From IMG/VR virus record IMGVR_UViG_3300027754_000044: a stretch of DNA of 64,000 nt; one strand, given 5' to 3'. The DNA is from a virus. Position numbers and translations under genes: made by a program. The notes under the pieces are model-generated. The model had not been told where the DNA came from. It did not search any database and worked only from the letters and a program-made list of their open reading frames with translations. Each line of letters opens with the position of its first letter. Positions within the stretch are counted from its first letter, which is position 1. Shown here in pieces: positions 33,441 to 42,913 of the stretch.

Positions 33441-33513
33441 CGTCCTGTAGGGGATTCGAACCCACTCTTGCCACCTTGAAAGGGTGGTGACCTCACCAGA
33501 AGTCAAACAGGAC
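33438..33513 (-). tRNA. tRNA-Glu(UUC)
   Basis: Loop CT-TTC-AA; CCA. Confidence 0.9.
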
Positions 33514-33574
33514 ACTATTTTTCCAAATTTTTAAAGATCGTTTTACTGCTTGTGCTACCATTTAATATACAACC

Positions 33575-33603
33575 ATTATATACCATGTTTCGCTAAATGG
33601 CAA
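33575..33603 (-). promoter_or_regulatory. promoter of the tRNA array
   Basis: TTGCCA-17-TATAAT-GGTTGT. Confidence 0.8.
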
Positions 33604-33632
33604 GGCTTATTTTGGTCATTTAAAAACATCAA

Positions 33633-33672
33633 TGAAAACAAGGGGTTAGCAACAACCGACCCCTTGTTTTCA
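33633..33672 (-). terminator. hairpin/terminator downstream of the porin gene
   Basis: TGAAAACAAGGGG...CCCCTTGTTTTCA, a 13-bp inverted repeat. Confidence 0.7.
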
Positions 33673-33688
33673 AATAAGTCGTCGTAAA

Positions 33689-34396
33689 TTAGAACGCTTT
33701 AGAAACAGACACAACTACAGAATTTTTGTAGAGCTTTTCTGCAGAAATGGTATTTGCCAGTTGTGTGGCAGCTGTCATACCACGATTCGTGTAGTAATGA
33801 GCACCAACATCAAGACCAGCTAGAGCATACGTTGCGCCAACCTTAATGTCTGTGTAATTACTCGCTGAGTGATTAGCAACACTTGTTCGTCCTATATGAG
33901 CATTACCAGTCAATTTTGGCATGATTGGCATATTCAGATCAGCTTGCATATACTTCGTTCCTTTGCTATTCGCAACGGCAAAGTAATCACCAAGCGACTG
34001 ACTATACTTCAAGCTAATAGGACCAGTGGCCACTCCAGCATAAACTTCATGCGTATTGCTGACACTGTTGAAAGCATTACCTGAACGTGAGTAGTAATAG
34101 TTGTAAGAACCAACATCTACTGTTACGCCTTTAGCAACTTCTTTCTTAAATCCAGCATACACATCATTTTCCATACCAATACTGTCTGTGTATAGAAGGC
34201 TGCTGACGCTGCTATTCCAGTTACCAGCATAAAATCCACTCTTATCTGTATAATCAATTCCACCTTGGAGAGCTTGTGAATTTTGCGTTTGACTAATCCC
34301 ACGGAAACGATAGTCAGAAGTTACACCAACATTACCAGTAATTTGAGCTTGTGCAACGCCAGTTACGAACAACAGTGCAAAAATAATTTTTTTCAT
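33689..34396 (-). CDS. TorF/Gcw_chp (TIGR02001)-type outer-membrane beta-barrel
   Basis: Signal MKKIIFALLFVTGVAQA; SDYRFRGISQT, ALQGGIDY, GFYAGNWNSSV; C-terminal Phe. Confidence 0.85.
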   Translation of the reverse strand: MKKIIFALLFVTGVAQAQITGNVGVTSDYRFRGISQTQNSQALQGGIDYTDKSGFYAGNWNSSVSSLLYTDSIGMENDVYAGFKKEVAKGVTVDVGSYNYYYSRSGNAFNSVSNTHEVYAGVATGPISLKYSQSLGDYFAVANSKGTKYMQADLNMPIMPKLTGNAHIGRTSVANHSASNYTDIKVGATYALAGLDVGAHYYTNRGMTAATQLANTISAEKLYKNSVVVSVSKAF

Positions 34397-34463
34397 ATTT
34401 TTCTCCGATACATTAAGTTTAATTAAAACCATCATGGTACTCTATATATAATAAATTCTCAGT

Positions 34464-35459
34464 TTATTTTGGTAATTTAATAAAGTCCTCCCCCTTCGTT
34501 GAGTCATAACAAGATTTCCACCAATTATTGTAGAAATTACACACTTCATCGTATTTGAAAAGACTATGACTTGCTAATTTTATAGTTTTTCCAAGATCCG
34601 TGTCTTTATCCACTTTATATGTAACGCAGTCGTATTCTGATCTTCCAAATGTTACAACTGGAACCTGATGCAGAAGAGATTCGAATCCGACACCAGAATT
34701 TACAGTCACTGTGCAGCGAGCAGTTTGAATCAATTGATGGATGGATACATCATCATACCAAAAGACATGAAGATACTTTTTGGCAATTTCTTTCAATGAT
34801 TGCATGCTGCCAGGATTGACTGGATGGCCCTTTACCACCAAATTCATTCCCACTTCTTGAGTGGCTATACAAGTTCTTTCTAATGCTTCTTCCACAGTGA
34901 CGTTGGAATGAAATCTGATTGTCTCATCGTGAGGAATCTGGCAAGGAAAAAATGCATAGTAATCTGGCAGATTTATTTTTTCTCGACTCTGATAAACAGG
35001 CTGATCAAATTTACTCTGATTATCGTTCATGCGATTCTGAAGCATGCGGAAGATCTTAACTCCTTCTAGTGTATCGGATCCATCATTCTTGAATGGATAT
35101 TTAGATGATCCAGCTCCCCATCCTTTACTATCGACAGAGAACATCCACGGGAATGCAGTCTGCATGTAGTAATACACTTCGCAATTTTCTATAGGAAAGC
35201 TATGCGCTTCTTTATGCGGAACAAATAAAATGTCCGGCTTCAGTTCATTCACGAGTTCTGGAGTAAATTGCCAGAGCGGTAATTCTAGAACTTTGAATGA
35301 AATATCAGATCTGCTGGAGTATTCAGCTATGACACGTTCTACAAAATTTCTCCAGTGCTTTCTGATTGGAGGAATTGATCCAGTTTCAAACGGAACTGGG
35401 CCCTTCTTAAACATAACATCAAGTCTGGGTGACAGCAATAAAACTTTTTTCATAACCAA
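34464..35459 (-). CDS. KpsS/KpsC-like capsular polysaccharide (GT-B) protein
   Basis: FPCQIPHDETI, VKGHP, VTVNSGVGFESLL..VPVVTFG. Confidence 0.75.
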   Translation of the reverse strand: MVMKKVLLLSPRLDVMFKKGPVPFETGSIPPIRKHWRNFVERVIAEYSSRSDISFKVLELPLWQFTPELVNELKPDILFVPHKEAHSFPIENCEVYYYMQTAFPWMFSVDSKGWGAGSSKYPFKNDGSDTLEGVKIFRMLQNRMNDNQSKFDQPVYQSREKINLPDYYAFFPCQIPHDETIRFHSNVTVEEALERTCIATQEVGMNLVVKGHPVNPGSMQSLKEIAKKYLHVFWYDDVSIHQLIQTARCTVTVNSGVGFESLLHQVPVVTFGRSEYDCVTYKVDKDTDLGKTIKLASHSLFKYDEVCNFYNNWWKSCYDSTKGEDFIKLPK

Positions 35460-36217
35460 TATTCCTCAGAGAGTTTAGGAAATATATCATAATATCGTTT
35501 TTTCATAGCAAGATACTTCGGATTGCTGTATTTCCTATCTCCCTTTCCAGTCCAGATCGTGGTTCCATGAAGAAATTCCCAGTCCATAAAATCTGTTCCG
35601 AATGCAGTACATGAGTATTTAGTCTTGAAATGCTGATAGGAAACGCTCAATGCAGTCTGATCTAAGAACCATCTCAATTTGTTGTCTAAAATTATCTGAG
35701 CAGTAGATTCCAAAAAGTCTTTTGCAGTTTCTTTAACAAAGACTGCGCCTGCAGCGACTCTGGATCCTTCTCTTTCCCAATCATTCACGCCCGGAAGAGG
35801 CTCTCGAAGAAATATTCCAAGATCTGTATCAAGAGGATCTATGTGTGACATTATCAAACAATCAATGTCTGTGATTAACATCGGCGCAGTAATTATCGAA
35901 GAAGCAACAATGAATCTATTACAAGCGTAATATGTTCGTTTTTCTTCCTGAGAGATCGTTGGCAGTTCTGTATCCTCTGAAGATATAGTCATTTCACCAG
36001 ATGGGAACATACGTTTATATCCCATCTTCAACGTCTGCATATATGTCCAGTCATTTACGCTCGCATTGATCACATGAAGATGAACATTCATGTCTGCTTT
36101 AGCGCAAGAAGAAATATATGCTTGAGCATGATCTCTTAGATACTTAGGATCACATGATGTGAACAAACAAAATTTTCTAGGACGCTCACCAATAACATTC
36201 CAATTTATATTCATCAT
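35450..36217 (-). CDS. GT-A nucleotide-diphospho-sugar transferase-like protein
   Basis: YYACNRF, LITDID (DxD), AAGAV, WFLDQTAL. Confidence 0.7.
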   Translation of the reverse strand: MMNINWNVIGERPRKFCLFTSCDPKYLRDHAQAYISSCAKADMNVHLHVINASVNDWTYMQTLKMGYKRMFPSGEMTISSEDTELPTISQEEKRTYYACNRFIVASSIITAPMLITDIDCLIMSHIDPLDTDLGIFLREPLPGVNDWEREGSRVAAGAVFVKETAKDFLESTAQIILDNKLRWFLDQTALSVSYQHFKTKYSCTAFGTDFMDWEFLHGTTIWTGKGDRKYSNPKYLAMKKRYYDIFPKLSEEYWL

Positions 36218-36933
36218 CTGCCTATAAAATCATATATCACATCATTATTAACGACGTTTGGTTTGTGTCCTTCTTCTAAGATCTTATCGCGATAATCAAA
36301 CCAAAATTGGACTAACTCCGGACGAGGATGATTAGCAGTTTCTCCAGTATACCATTTCGGCATCCATGGCTGAGTGCTCATTCTAGAATAATGAAGTTGC
36401 CACATATCTTCTATTTTGAGATTATCTCCGTCTAGACAGTTCCATCTTGGATCAAGTTCCTTTACAACTTCACTTCCACTGAATGCGTGAATATATCTTG
36501 AATGAGATTCTGGGATGACTTTCATTCTTTCTATCGGAGCGACTTCTCCCTTCATGGCAGCACAGTCAATAACCATAACACAAAATTCATGTCCACCAAA
36601 TCTTGGACCAAGACGAGCGCCAACCCAGTTATCCTCAAGATCTGTATTCCATAGCTCATTGAGATCTCTGAAATTAATCATATCCACATCGGTGTAAATT
36701 GCACGACCCTCAAAATTACAAACTTCTGGTATTGCCCAACGATAGCCACTGAATGGAGTTGGCCAGCATGAAGTATTCCATCCGCCCCATACACTAGACG
36801 TATCATTCGTTTGACGCATCCATGTAATATCTATAGGAACTGAACAGTTTTTCTTTAAAGAATATTCATATACCATTTCTGCATCTGTGTCCTCACCATT
36901 AGCAGATGTCCCGATGAACAGTCTAATTGTCAT
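36214..36933 (-). CDS. GT8-like glycosyltransferase
   Basis: IRLFIG, TPFSGYRWAIP, GRAIYTDVDM, VMVIDC, LDPRWN, LHY. Confidence 0.8.
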   Translation of the reverse strand: MTIRLFIGTSANGEDTDAEMVYEYSLKKNCSVPIDITWMRQTNDTSSVWGGWNTSCWPTPFSGYRWAIPEVCNFEGRAIYTDVDMINFRDLNELWNTDLEDNWVGARLGPRFGGHEFCVMVIDCAAMKGEVAPIERMKVIPESHSRYIHAFSGSEVVKELDPRWNCLDGDNLKIEDMWQLHYSRMSTQPWMPKWYTGETANHPRPELVQFWFDYRDKILEEGHKPNVVNNDVIYDFIGR

Positions 36934-37519
36934 AATGAAATCTCCGATAGAACATTCCATTCATTTGCAAGAATGGTTTTTTCATAGATGATGTGTCTTT
37001 AATTTTAGATGTCATATCTGCATCGTAATAGAATCCACTAGCATTAAATGCACCTTCCCAATAATCTAGATTCCTACAGTTTACGTGATGATGTCCTGCG
37101 TAACCAGGAGGAGCAGCAGTAACCATCAAGAATTTGCATCGCTGAAAAGCATGCATGATTGCTGGAACATGTTTGGATTCTACGTGTTCTAGAAATTCTA
37201 CAGACCAGCCGAGATCAAATTCAATATCGTCGTTTTCCCAATTCAGAAACGGACCTGTCGTGAAGTCGTGGATATGAACATTTCGTCTGCGGGAAAGTGT
37301 ATAGTCTCCGTCTAAACCAACAGAATGTATTCCACGATCGCGAGCTAGATCTAACATTCCACCAGGCCCACATCCAATATCTAGCATTGTTGCGATGTCA
37401 AAATTTTCAATTAGAAAATCTAGAGCGCCTTCGTCTACATGGGTTTTATTTAGATGACCTCCAAGATGTTCTGGAAGTCCGTCATCCGATGGTGCAGAAT
37501 CAATTATATTAATTTTCAT
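36923..37519 (-). CDS. class I SAM-dependent methyltransferase
   Basis: MLDIGCGPG, FDLGWSVEFLEHV, GHHHVNC. Confidence 0.85.
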   Translation of the reverse strand: MKINIIDSAPSDDGLPEHLGGHLNKTHVDEGALDFLIENFDIATMLDIGCGPGGMLDLARDRGIHSVGLDGDYTLSRRRNVHIHDFTTGPFLNWENDDIEFDLGWSVEFLEHVESKHVPAIMHAFQRCKFLMVTAAPPGYAGHHHVNCRNLDYWEGAFNASGFYYDADMTSKIKDTSSMKKPFLQMNGMFYRRFHYDN

Positions 37520-37530
37520 TATAACTCCAT

Positions 37531-37538
37531 TATAAATA
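37531..37538 (+). promoter_or_regulatory. T4-type late promoter
   Basis: TATAAATA 26 nt upstream of ATG 37565. Confidence 0.65.
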
Positions 37539-37564
37539 TCAAATTATCATACACTATTATATAT

Positions 37565-37927
37565 ATGAGAAAAAAGAAAGAAAAGAAATCCTTTAAGGTC
37601 TATGTGACGTATTGGCCTGATGGAAAATTCTATATTGGATTCTCTTCGAAAAGTGGAATACAATATGAGAAATATTTTGGATCGTCAAAACTGATCTTAG
37701 ACGAACTAAAAAGAAATCCTAAATCACACGGCTTTACAAAAGATACAATCGGTGAATTTGAAAAAAGATCCCACGCTAGAGCAACTGAACATATACTTCA
37801 ATGGAACAACCGACTTAATCCGCTGATGAAAAATGATATGTGGAATGTTCGATTGCGTCTGAGCTATTTGAAGGATCTTTCTATTCCTAACTGGGTCGCG
37901 CCCACACCGAAGACCAATCTCCCGTAA
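37565..37927 (+). CDS. GIY-YIG (Seg-like) nuclease catalytic-domain protein
   Basis: KVYVT...KFYIG...YFGSSK...E...N. Confidence 0.7.
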   Translation: MRKKKEKKSFKVYVTYWPDGKFYIGFSSKSGIQYEKYFGSSKLILDELKRNPKSHGFTKDTIGEFEKRSHARATEHILQWNNRLNPLMKNDMWNVRLRLSYLKDLSIPNWVAPTPKTNLP

Positions 37928-38882
37928 GAGCTCCCTTGGCATAGTCTGTAGCGCGATTTTCAAAGAAATTCGTATGCGTCGGAGCATTGATCATTTCTTC
38001 TACCCAAGGTAGTGGATTTTTCTTTACCTTGTAAATCCCGCGCATACCCATAGAAATCAATCTACGATCTGCGATATATTTAATGTATTCCTTTACTTCA
38101 TCAGCGGTGAGTCCGATGATACCGCCCGTCGAAAATGAAAGATCAATAAATTTATTTTCTAGTTCTACCATCTTTTCAGCGATCGCATATATCTTGGACT
38201 TGAGTTCATCGTTCCAAATTTCTTTATTTTCTTCGATATATGTTCGGAACAACTTAATCATCGATTCGGCATGCATGGTTTCATCAACGATCGACCAAGT
38301 AATTATTTGACCCATACCTTTCATTTTGCCGTGGCGAGTAAAATTAAGAAGCATAATAAAAGAGCTAAAGAGTTGCATACCCTCAGTGAACGCCGAGAAC
38401 GCAGCAATATTAGTAGCGACGGACTCAATGGTTCCATTCTTTCCTGAGAGTTCGAGGAAGTATTCATGCTTTTCTCGCATTTCTTTATATTCGAGGAAGT
38501 CTGCATATGTAGAGTCAGGCATTCCTAATGTTTCGATTAGATGAGAATATGCAGCTACGTGTAATGCTTCCCTTGCTGCAAATCCAAGTAGCATCATACG
38601 AATTTCTGGCTGTTTGAAATATGGCAAATAGTTTTGAACATATCCACCAGCGACGTCTAGATCCCCTTGTGTGAAAAATCTAAAGATCTGAGTTAAGAAT
38701 TGTTTTTCTTCTTTGGTTAGATTTTTTTTCCAGTCTTTAACATCCTCTGCCATTGGAACTTCTGAATGCAACCAATGAGATTGCTCATGCTTAAGCCATA
38801 CATCATAGGCCCAACTGTATGAGAAGGGTTTGAAGTGATCTCGTGAATCTGTTAATTTAGTCTTTACTTTTCCTGCGCTCAT
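37887..38882 (-). CDS. nrdB: ribonucleotide reductase class Ia beta subunit
   Basis: FFTQGD, EALHVAAY, EGMQLFSSF, DETMH, NFFENRATDY. Confidence 0.97.
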   Translation of the reverse strand: MSAGKVKTKLTDSRDHFKPFSYSWAYDVWLKHEQSHWLHSEVPMAEDVKDWKKNLTKEEKQFLTQIFRFFTQGDLDVAGGYVQNYLPYFKQPEIRMMLLGFAAREALHVAAYSHLIETLGMPDSTYADFLEYKEMREKHEYFLELSGKNGTIESVATNIAAFSAFTEGMQLFSSFIMLLNFTRHGKMKGMGQIITWSIVDETMHAESMIKLFRTYIEENKEIWNDELKSKIYAIAEKMVELENKFIDLSFSTGGIIGLTADEVKEYIKYIADRRLISMGMRGIYKVKKNPLPWVEEMINAPTHTNFFENRATDYAKGALTGDWSSVWARPS

Positions 38883-39111
38883 ACTTTGCTGCTCCCAATA
38901 TTGTTACATCGTTTTCTGTTTCAATCCAAACTCTTGCTCCGCAAGAGAGAGGACTGTCTTTGCTATACACAACTCGTGATGGCCCGTTGATAATAACTTC
39001 ATGACCATAAGTATTTTTTGATCCTTGCTTGACGGTTATTATCGGATCGTTAGCATCGTATTTTTTATTTGATCGTATCACATTCTGATTCACATGAATA
39101 TAGGTTTTCAT
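38857..39111 (-). CDS. conserved small phage protein
   Basis: MKTYIHVNQ.VIR.N...P.ITVK...PLSCGARVWIET; late motif at 39135-39142. Confidence 0.75.
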   Translation of the reverse strand: MKTYIHVNQNVIRSNKKYDANDPIITVKQGSKNTYGHEVIINGPSRVVYSKDSPLSCGARVWIETENDVTILGAAKYERRKSKD

Positions 39112-39112
39112 A

Positions 39113-40429
39113 TTAGTCAAAAACTTTTGGAGAATATTTATAAAGTAGTTCGTAGACGTCCGGTAAATTTTTCTTCCAATCATGATTTCGTAATTTGTCT
39201 AATTTATCCATATTAGTGACAAACTCACGAATTATGTTAGGATCATAACTATTCATAAAAGTTTGTAAGAAGTTAATTTGTGTTTGATAAATGTTTTTTG
39301 TTAGATCGTTAGAAGCAGAATTTTTCATAGAAGTTAATTCACGAATCATTTGCATTTTAGAACCAGGCGACATATACTTCAAACTAAGCCAATTTGGTCC
39401 CTCCATATATCTAAAAAAAGTTTTACAGTTTAATTCTTCAGCCAAAGGAATTATTCTAGAAGTCACATAAGGCGAAGCTACTCCAATACAACTCGTGATT
39501 GTCATATTGATATTAATATTGTGTTTTTTATCTTTCATGGATAAAATATTTTTGATATTGTCCAATACGACAGCATATTTTCCTGGATTTCTAATTAATT
39601 CGAATCGTTCTTCTGTATCGTCTACACTGGCTGCAATAGAAATACCTTTAAACTTTTCAAATTTCTGTATGATATTATCGTTAATCACTGACATGTTGCT
39701 ATCGTATTGTAGAGTTATATTTTTTGAAACTCCTGCGTCAATAAGTCGATCCAAACATTTACCCATCGCTGGAATTAAAAATGGTTCTCCACCAGTAAAA
39801 TACATAGAACTCAAAGTAGGTACAACTTCATCGAACTTTTTCCACCATTGATCAGTTTCCCACCACGGAAATGATTTTGCATCATACTTTCCATTACTAT
39901 TCAATAGTATTTCGTAAATGCTACTTCCTTTATCAAATTTCGTAGTTCCATACAATTCAACATGATCATCAGCCCACAAATGACTATGTTTTGGTCCACA
40001 CATAATACACTTAAAGTTACAAATATTTCCGAGACGGAGACTTAACATTTTAATTTTCGAAATATGTGTCAACGAACCATCGTTCTTTGTATATAGATGA
40101 GCTTCATTCGCTTTTACATAATACATTCTTGATAGATTCACAAGACGCTTTGTCGTAAGACTTTTTGCAGCCTCTTCCTGATAACAAGTCTTACATCTTT
40201 CAGGTTTTATATTATCTTTCAATAGAAGTCTGTGAGCGTTATGTGTAGGACTATTGATCGCTTCGTAAATAGAATGCGTCATGATATTCATCTTAACGCC
40301 ATCTTGAGTCATCGCTACACCAAAATTTGCATCAGAATTGGCTAGACAACATATTTTGAAATCGCCCTGCTCGTCGATTTCAATCGCGTTATATAATTCC
40401 GGACAAAAACTTTCTACATTAAATGCCAT
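39113..40429 (-). CDS. radical SAM protein with twitch/SPASM-like N-terminal domain
   Basis: CNFKCIMC, FTGGEPF; N-terminal FC..., ICC, CKTC. Confidence 0.9.
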   Translation of the reverse strand: MAFNVESFCPELYNAIEIDEQGDFKICCLANSDANFGVAMTQDGVKMNIMTHSIYEAINSPTHNAHRLLLKDNIKPERCKTCYQEEAAKSLTTKRLVNLSRMYYVKANEAHLYTKNDGSLTHISKIKMLSLRLGNICNFKCIMCGPKHSHLWADDHVELYGTTKFDKGSSIYEILLNSNGKYDAKSFPWWETDQWWKKFDEVVPTLSSMYFTGGEPFLIPAMGKCLDRLIDAGVSKNITLQYDSNMSVINDNIIQKFEKFKGISIAASVDDTEERFELIRNPGKYAVVLDNIKNILSMKDKKHNININMTITSCIGVASPYVTSRIIPLAEELNCKTFFRYMEGPNWLSLKYMSPGSKMQMIRELTSMKNSASNDLTKNIYQTQINFLQTFMNSYDPNIIREFVTNMDKLDKLRNHDWKKNLPDVYELLYKYSPKVFD

Positions 40430-40430
40430 A

Positions 40431-42215
40431 TTAACCTTCGCAAGCTAAACAGGAATCCCCATCAACAAGTTGTTTCAGATCAATTTCGTCGATCACTTGT
40501 CGTTCAATCTTCTTTGCGACTTTGTCAGCTTTACCAATTTTCTCAGAACGGCAATAATACAGAGTCTTCAATTTTTGTTTCCATGCTTGGAAATGGACTG
40601 CGTGGATATACTTTATATTCGAATTTGGTCGAAAAAATAGGTTAAGGGATTGTGACTGATCAATATAACTCTGTCGGTCAGCTGCGTGCTCCACAATCCA
40701 TCTTTGGTCAATCTCCATACTCGTTTTGAAAACATCCCTCTGCCAGTCGTCGAGAATGTCAAGGTGCTGGACTGATCCATCGTTTGCAATGATAGATGAC
40801 CAAACTTCGTTGTAGTCCAAATCTTTATCGGCATCACATTTATCCTTTATAATTTTATCAAGATATTTGTTTTTATTCAGAGAAGCGCCAGACATCGTAT
40901 CTTGACGATACGCATTGGCTCTAAACGGCTCGATTGATGGAGATGTATTTCCCATGATAATTGAACTTGATGCATTTGGTGCAATTGACATCAGATGTGA
41001 AAGTCTTAGACCCGTTCCTTCTGCATCTGGGGCAGTTCCTCTTTCTGTTCCTAATTCTAAATTCGCTACATCTAATCCTTCTCTGATGTGTTTGAACATT
41101 TTTAAATTTTTACTTTTTGCTAATGCGCTTTCAAATGGAAGGTTATTTTTCTGAAGATACGCATGAAATCCGAGAGCTCCAATTCCTATGGAACGTTCCC
41201 TCTGTGCTGAATACTTTGCGCGTTTAATTTCTTTAGGTGCATTGTCGATGAAGCATTGAAGAACGTTGTCTAACATTTCAGCAACGTCTCTCAAAAATTG
41301 TTTATTCTTTTTCCATTCGTCAAAATACTCTAGATTCAATGACGATAAACAACAAATCGCTGTTCGCTTTTCGTTTGTTGGAAGGATGATTTCTGAGCAG
41401 AGATTCGATTGATGAACGCGAAGTCCTCTATCACTCAACCACTTTGGAAGCTTGCGATTAGATTCATCAATGAAATGAATGTATGGCTCTCCGGTTAGCA
41501 TTCTCATTTCTAATATACTTTGCCAAAGAGCTTTAGCTGATACTGTCTCACGAATTTCTTTTGAGTGAGGATCGACTAAATCCCACTTATCATCGAACTC
41601 TGGATCAATCATGCAGTTTTCGATAATCTGCATAAAGTCATCAGTGATATTAATTCCATGGTGCATGTTTTGGCAACGAACGTTCAGATCACCAGTAGGC
41701 TTGCGCATATCAAGAAAAGAAATAATATCGGGATGATTAATATTAAGATAAGCAGCATAAGACCCACGGCGAGTGCGACCTTGGCGATAGGCCAAAGAAC
41801 TAGCGTCGTAAATTTTAAGATGAGCCATAACACCAGTAGACTTATCGTCAGCACTGCGAATACCGAAACCGATTCCAACACCACCTCCCATCATAGAAAG
41901 CCAATTTGTTTCTGATAAATTTTCGACTAAACCTTCCGCAGTATCTTCAATATAATTAAGGTAACATGATACAGGAAGGCCACGGCCACTATCATCATAA
42001 GAAAGAACGGGAGTAGAATAAGATAACCAATGCTTACTAGAATAATCATAAAGACGTTGAGCATGATCCGAATTACTTCCAAAAATTTTGGATACATATG
42101 CAAACCTTTCTTGAGGCGATTTCTCATCTTTCTTCATGTATGACTCTTTTAACCGCTTGATACCCAGCTCGTCGAATAAATTGTCACGCGAATAATCTAT
42201 CTTAATTTCCGACAT
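40431..42215 (-). CDS. nrdA: ribonucleotide reductase class Ia alpha subunit (short, no ATP cone)
   Basis: STPVLS, PVSCY, SNLCSEI, APNASSS, TLYY, CLACEG; start reassigned to MSEIKID. Confidence 0.97.
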   Translation of the reverse strand: MSEIKIDYSRDNLFDELGIKRLKESYMKKDEKSPQERFAYVSKIFGSNSDHAQRLYDYSSKHWLSYSTPVLSYDDSGRGLPVSCYLNYIEDTAEGLVENLSETNWLSMMGGGVGIGFGIRSADDKSTGVMAHLKIYDASSLAYRQGRTRRGSYAAYLNINHPDIISFLDMRKPTGDLNVRCQNMHHGINITDDFMQIIENCMIDPEFDDKWDLVDPHSKEIRETVSAKALWQSILEMRMLTGEPYIHFIDESNRKLPKWLSDRGLRVHQSNLCSEIILPTNEKRTAICCLSSLNLEYFDEWKKNKQFLRDVAEMLDNVLQCFIDNAPKEIKRAKYSAQRERSIGIGALGFHAYLQKNNLPFESALAKSKNLKMFKHIREGLDVANLELGTERGTAPDAEGTGLRLSHLMSIAPNASSSIIMGNTSPSIEPFRANAYRQDTMSGASLNKNKYLDKIIKDKCDADKDLDYNEVWSSIIANDGSVQHLDILDDWQRDVFKTSMEIDQRWIVEHAADRQSYIDQSQSLNLFFRPNSNIKYIHAVHFQAWKQKLKTLYYCRSEKIGKADKVAKKIERQVIDEIDLKQLVDGDSCLACEG

Positions 42216-42238
42216 TCTTAACTCCAATATTGTTATTA

Positions 42239-42913
42239 TTAATTTACAAATTCTGTGATCATCGGAAATATAGATTCCAAGGCATATGCACATTCCAAAG
42301 CAATTAGTCTATGTTCTTTTTGAGTTTCAGGACCACTTCGTAGTTGTATATAGTGAATCCAAGAACGGATCGATCCAGTCATATACAATTTCGATTCGAT
42401 CAATCCTTCTGGTAAAACAGCACGAGCCTGTTCCTTGGCAATTCCTTTGCGTATAGCCCAACGATATGTTTTAATCGCTGCGTCCATAATATAACTCTGT
42501 TGAGTTTCCCAGTTCGAATTCAGAGCAATATCATCCGTCTCAATGCTATTCTGTCTGTTCTTAGAATCTTGCAGTCGTGCTTCACGTGTTACGAAATTCA
42601 AATCTTTCGTCGGATCAGCATAACGCTGACTAAATTCCTGAAAGCTAAAAGAACGATGACGAAGAATCTGACGCGCAATATCTCGAGTTGTCGTAATTTC
42701 TAAACACGCAGTGACCATTTCAAATGGAGACCAATGATTATTCTTAATGAGATAGCGAATAAGTTTTTCATTCGTTTCGGTGTTATTCTGATTACTTGGA
42801 TTTGAAACACGTGCACAAAACGCTATGATATCCAACAAGGAGTTTCCACTGCAGCGACATCCTTCTGGTTGTTGCGAATAAGATATAAGTGAAACTGTCA
42901 TATTTTTTTCCAA
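42239..42913 (-). CDS. thyX: flavin-dependent thymidylate synthase
   Basis: HWSPFE, RQILRHRSFSFQEFSQRY, KEQARAVLP, TQKEHR. Confidence 0.97.
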   Translation of the reverse strand: MEKNMTVSLISYSQQPEGCRCSGNSLLDIIAFCARVSNPSNQNNTETNEKLIRYLIKNNHWSPFEMVTACLEITTTRDIARQILRHRSFSFQEFSQRYADPTKDLNFVTREARLQDSKNRQNSIETDDIALNSNWETQQSYIMDAAIKTYRWAIRKGIAKEQARAVLPEGLIESKLYMTGSIRSWIHYIQLRSGPETQKEHRLIALECAYALESIFPMITEFVN

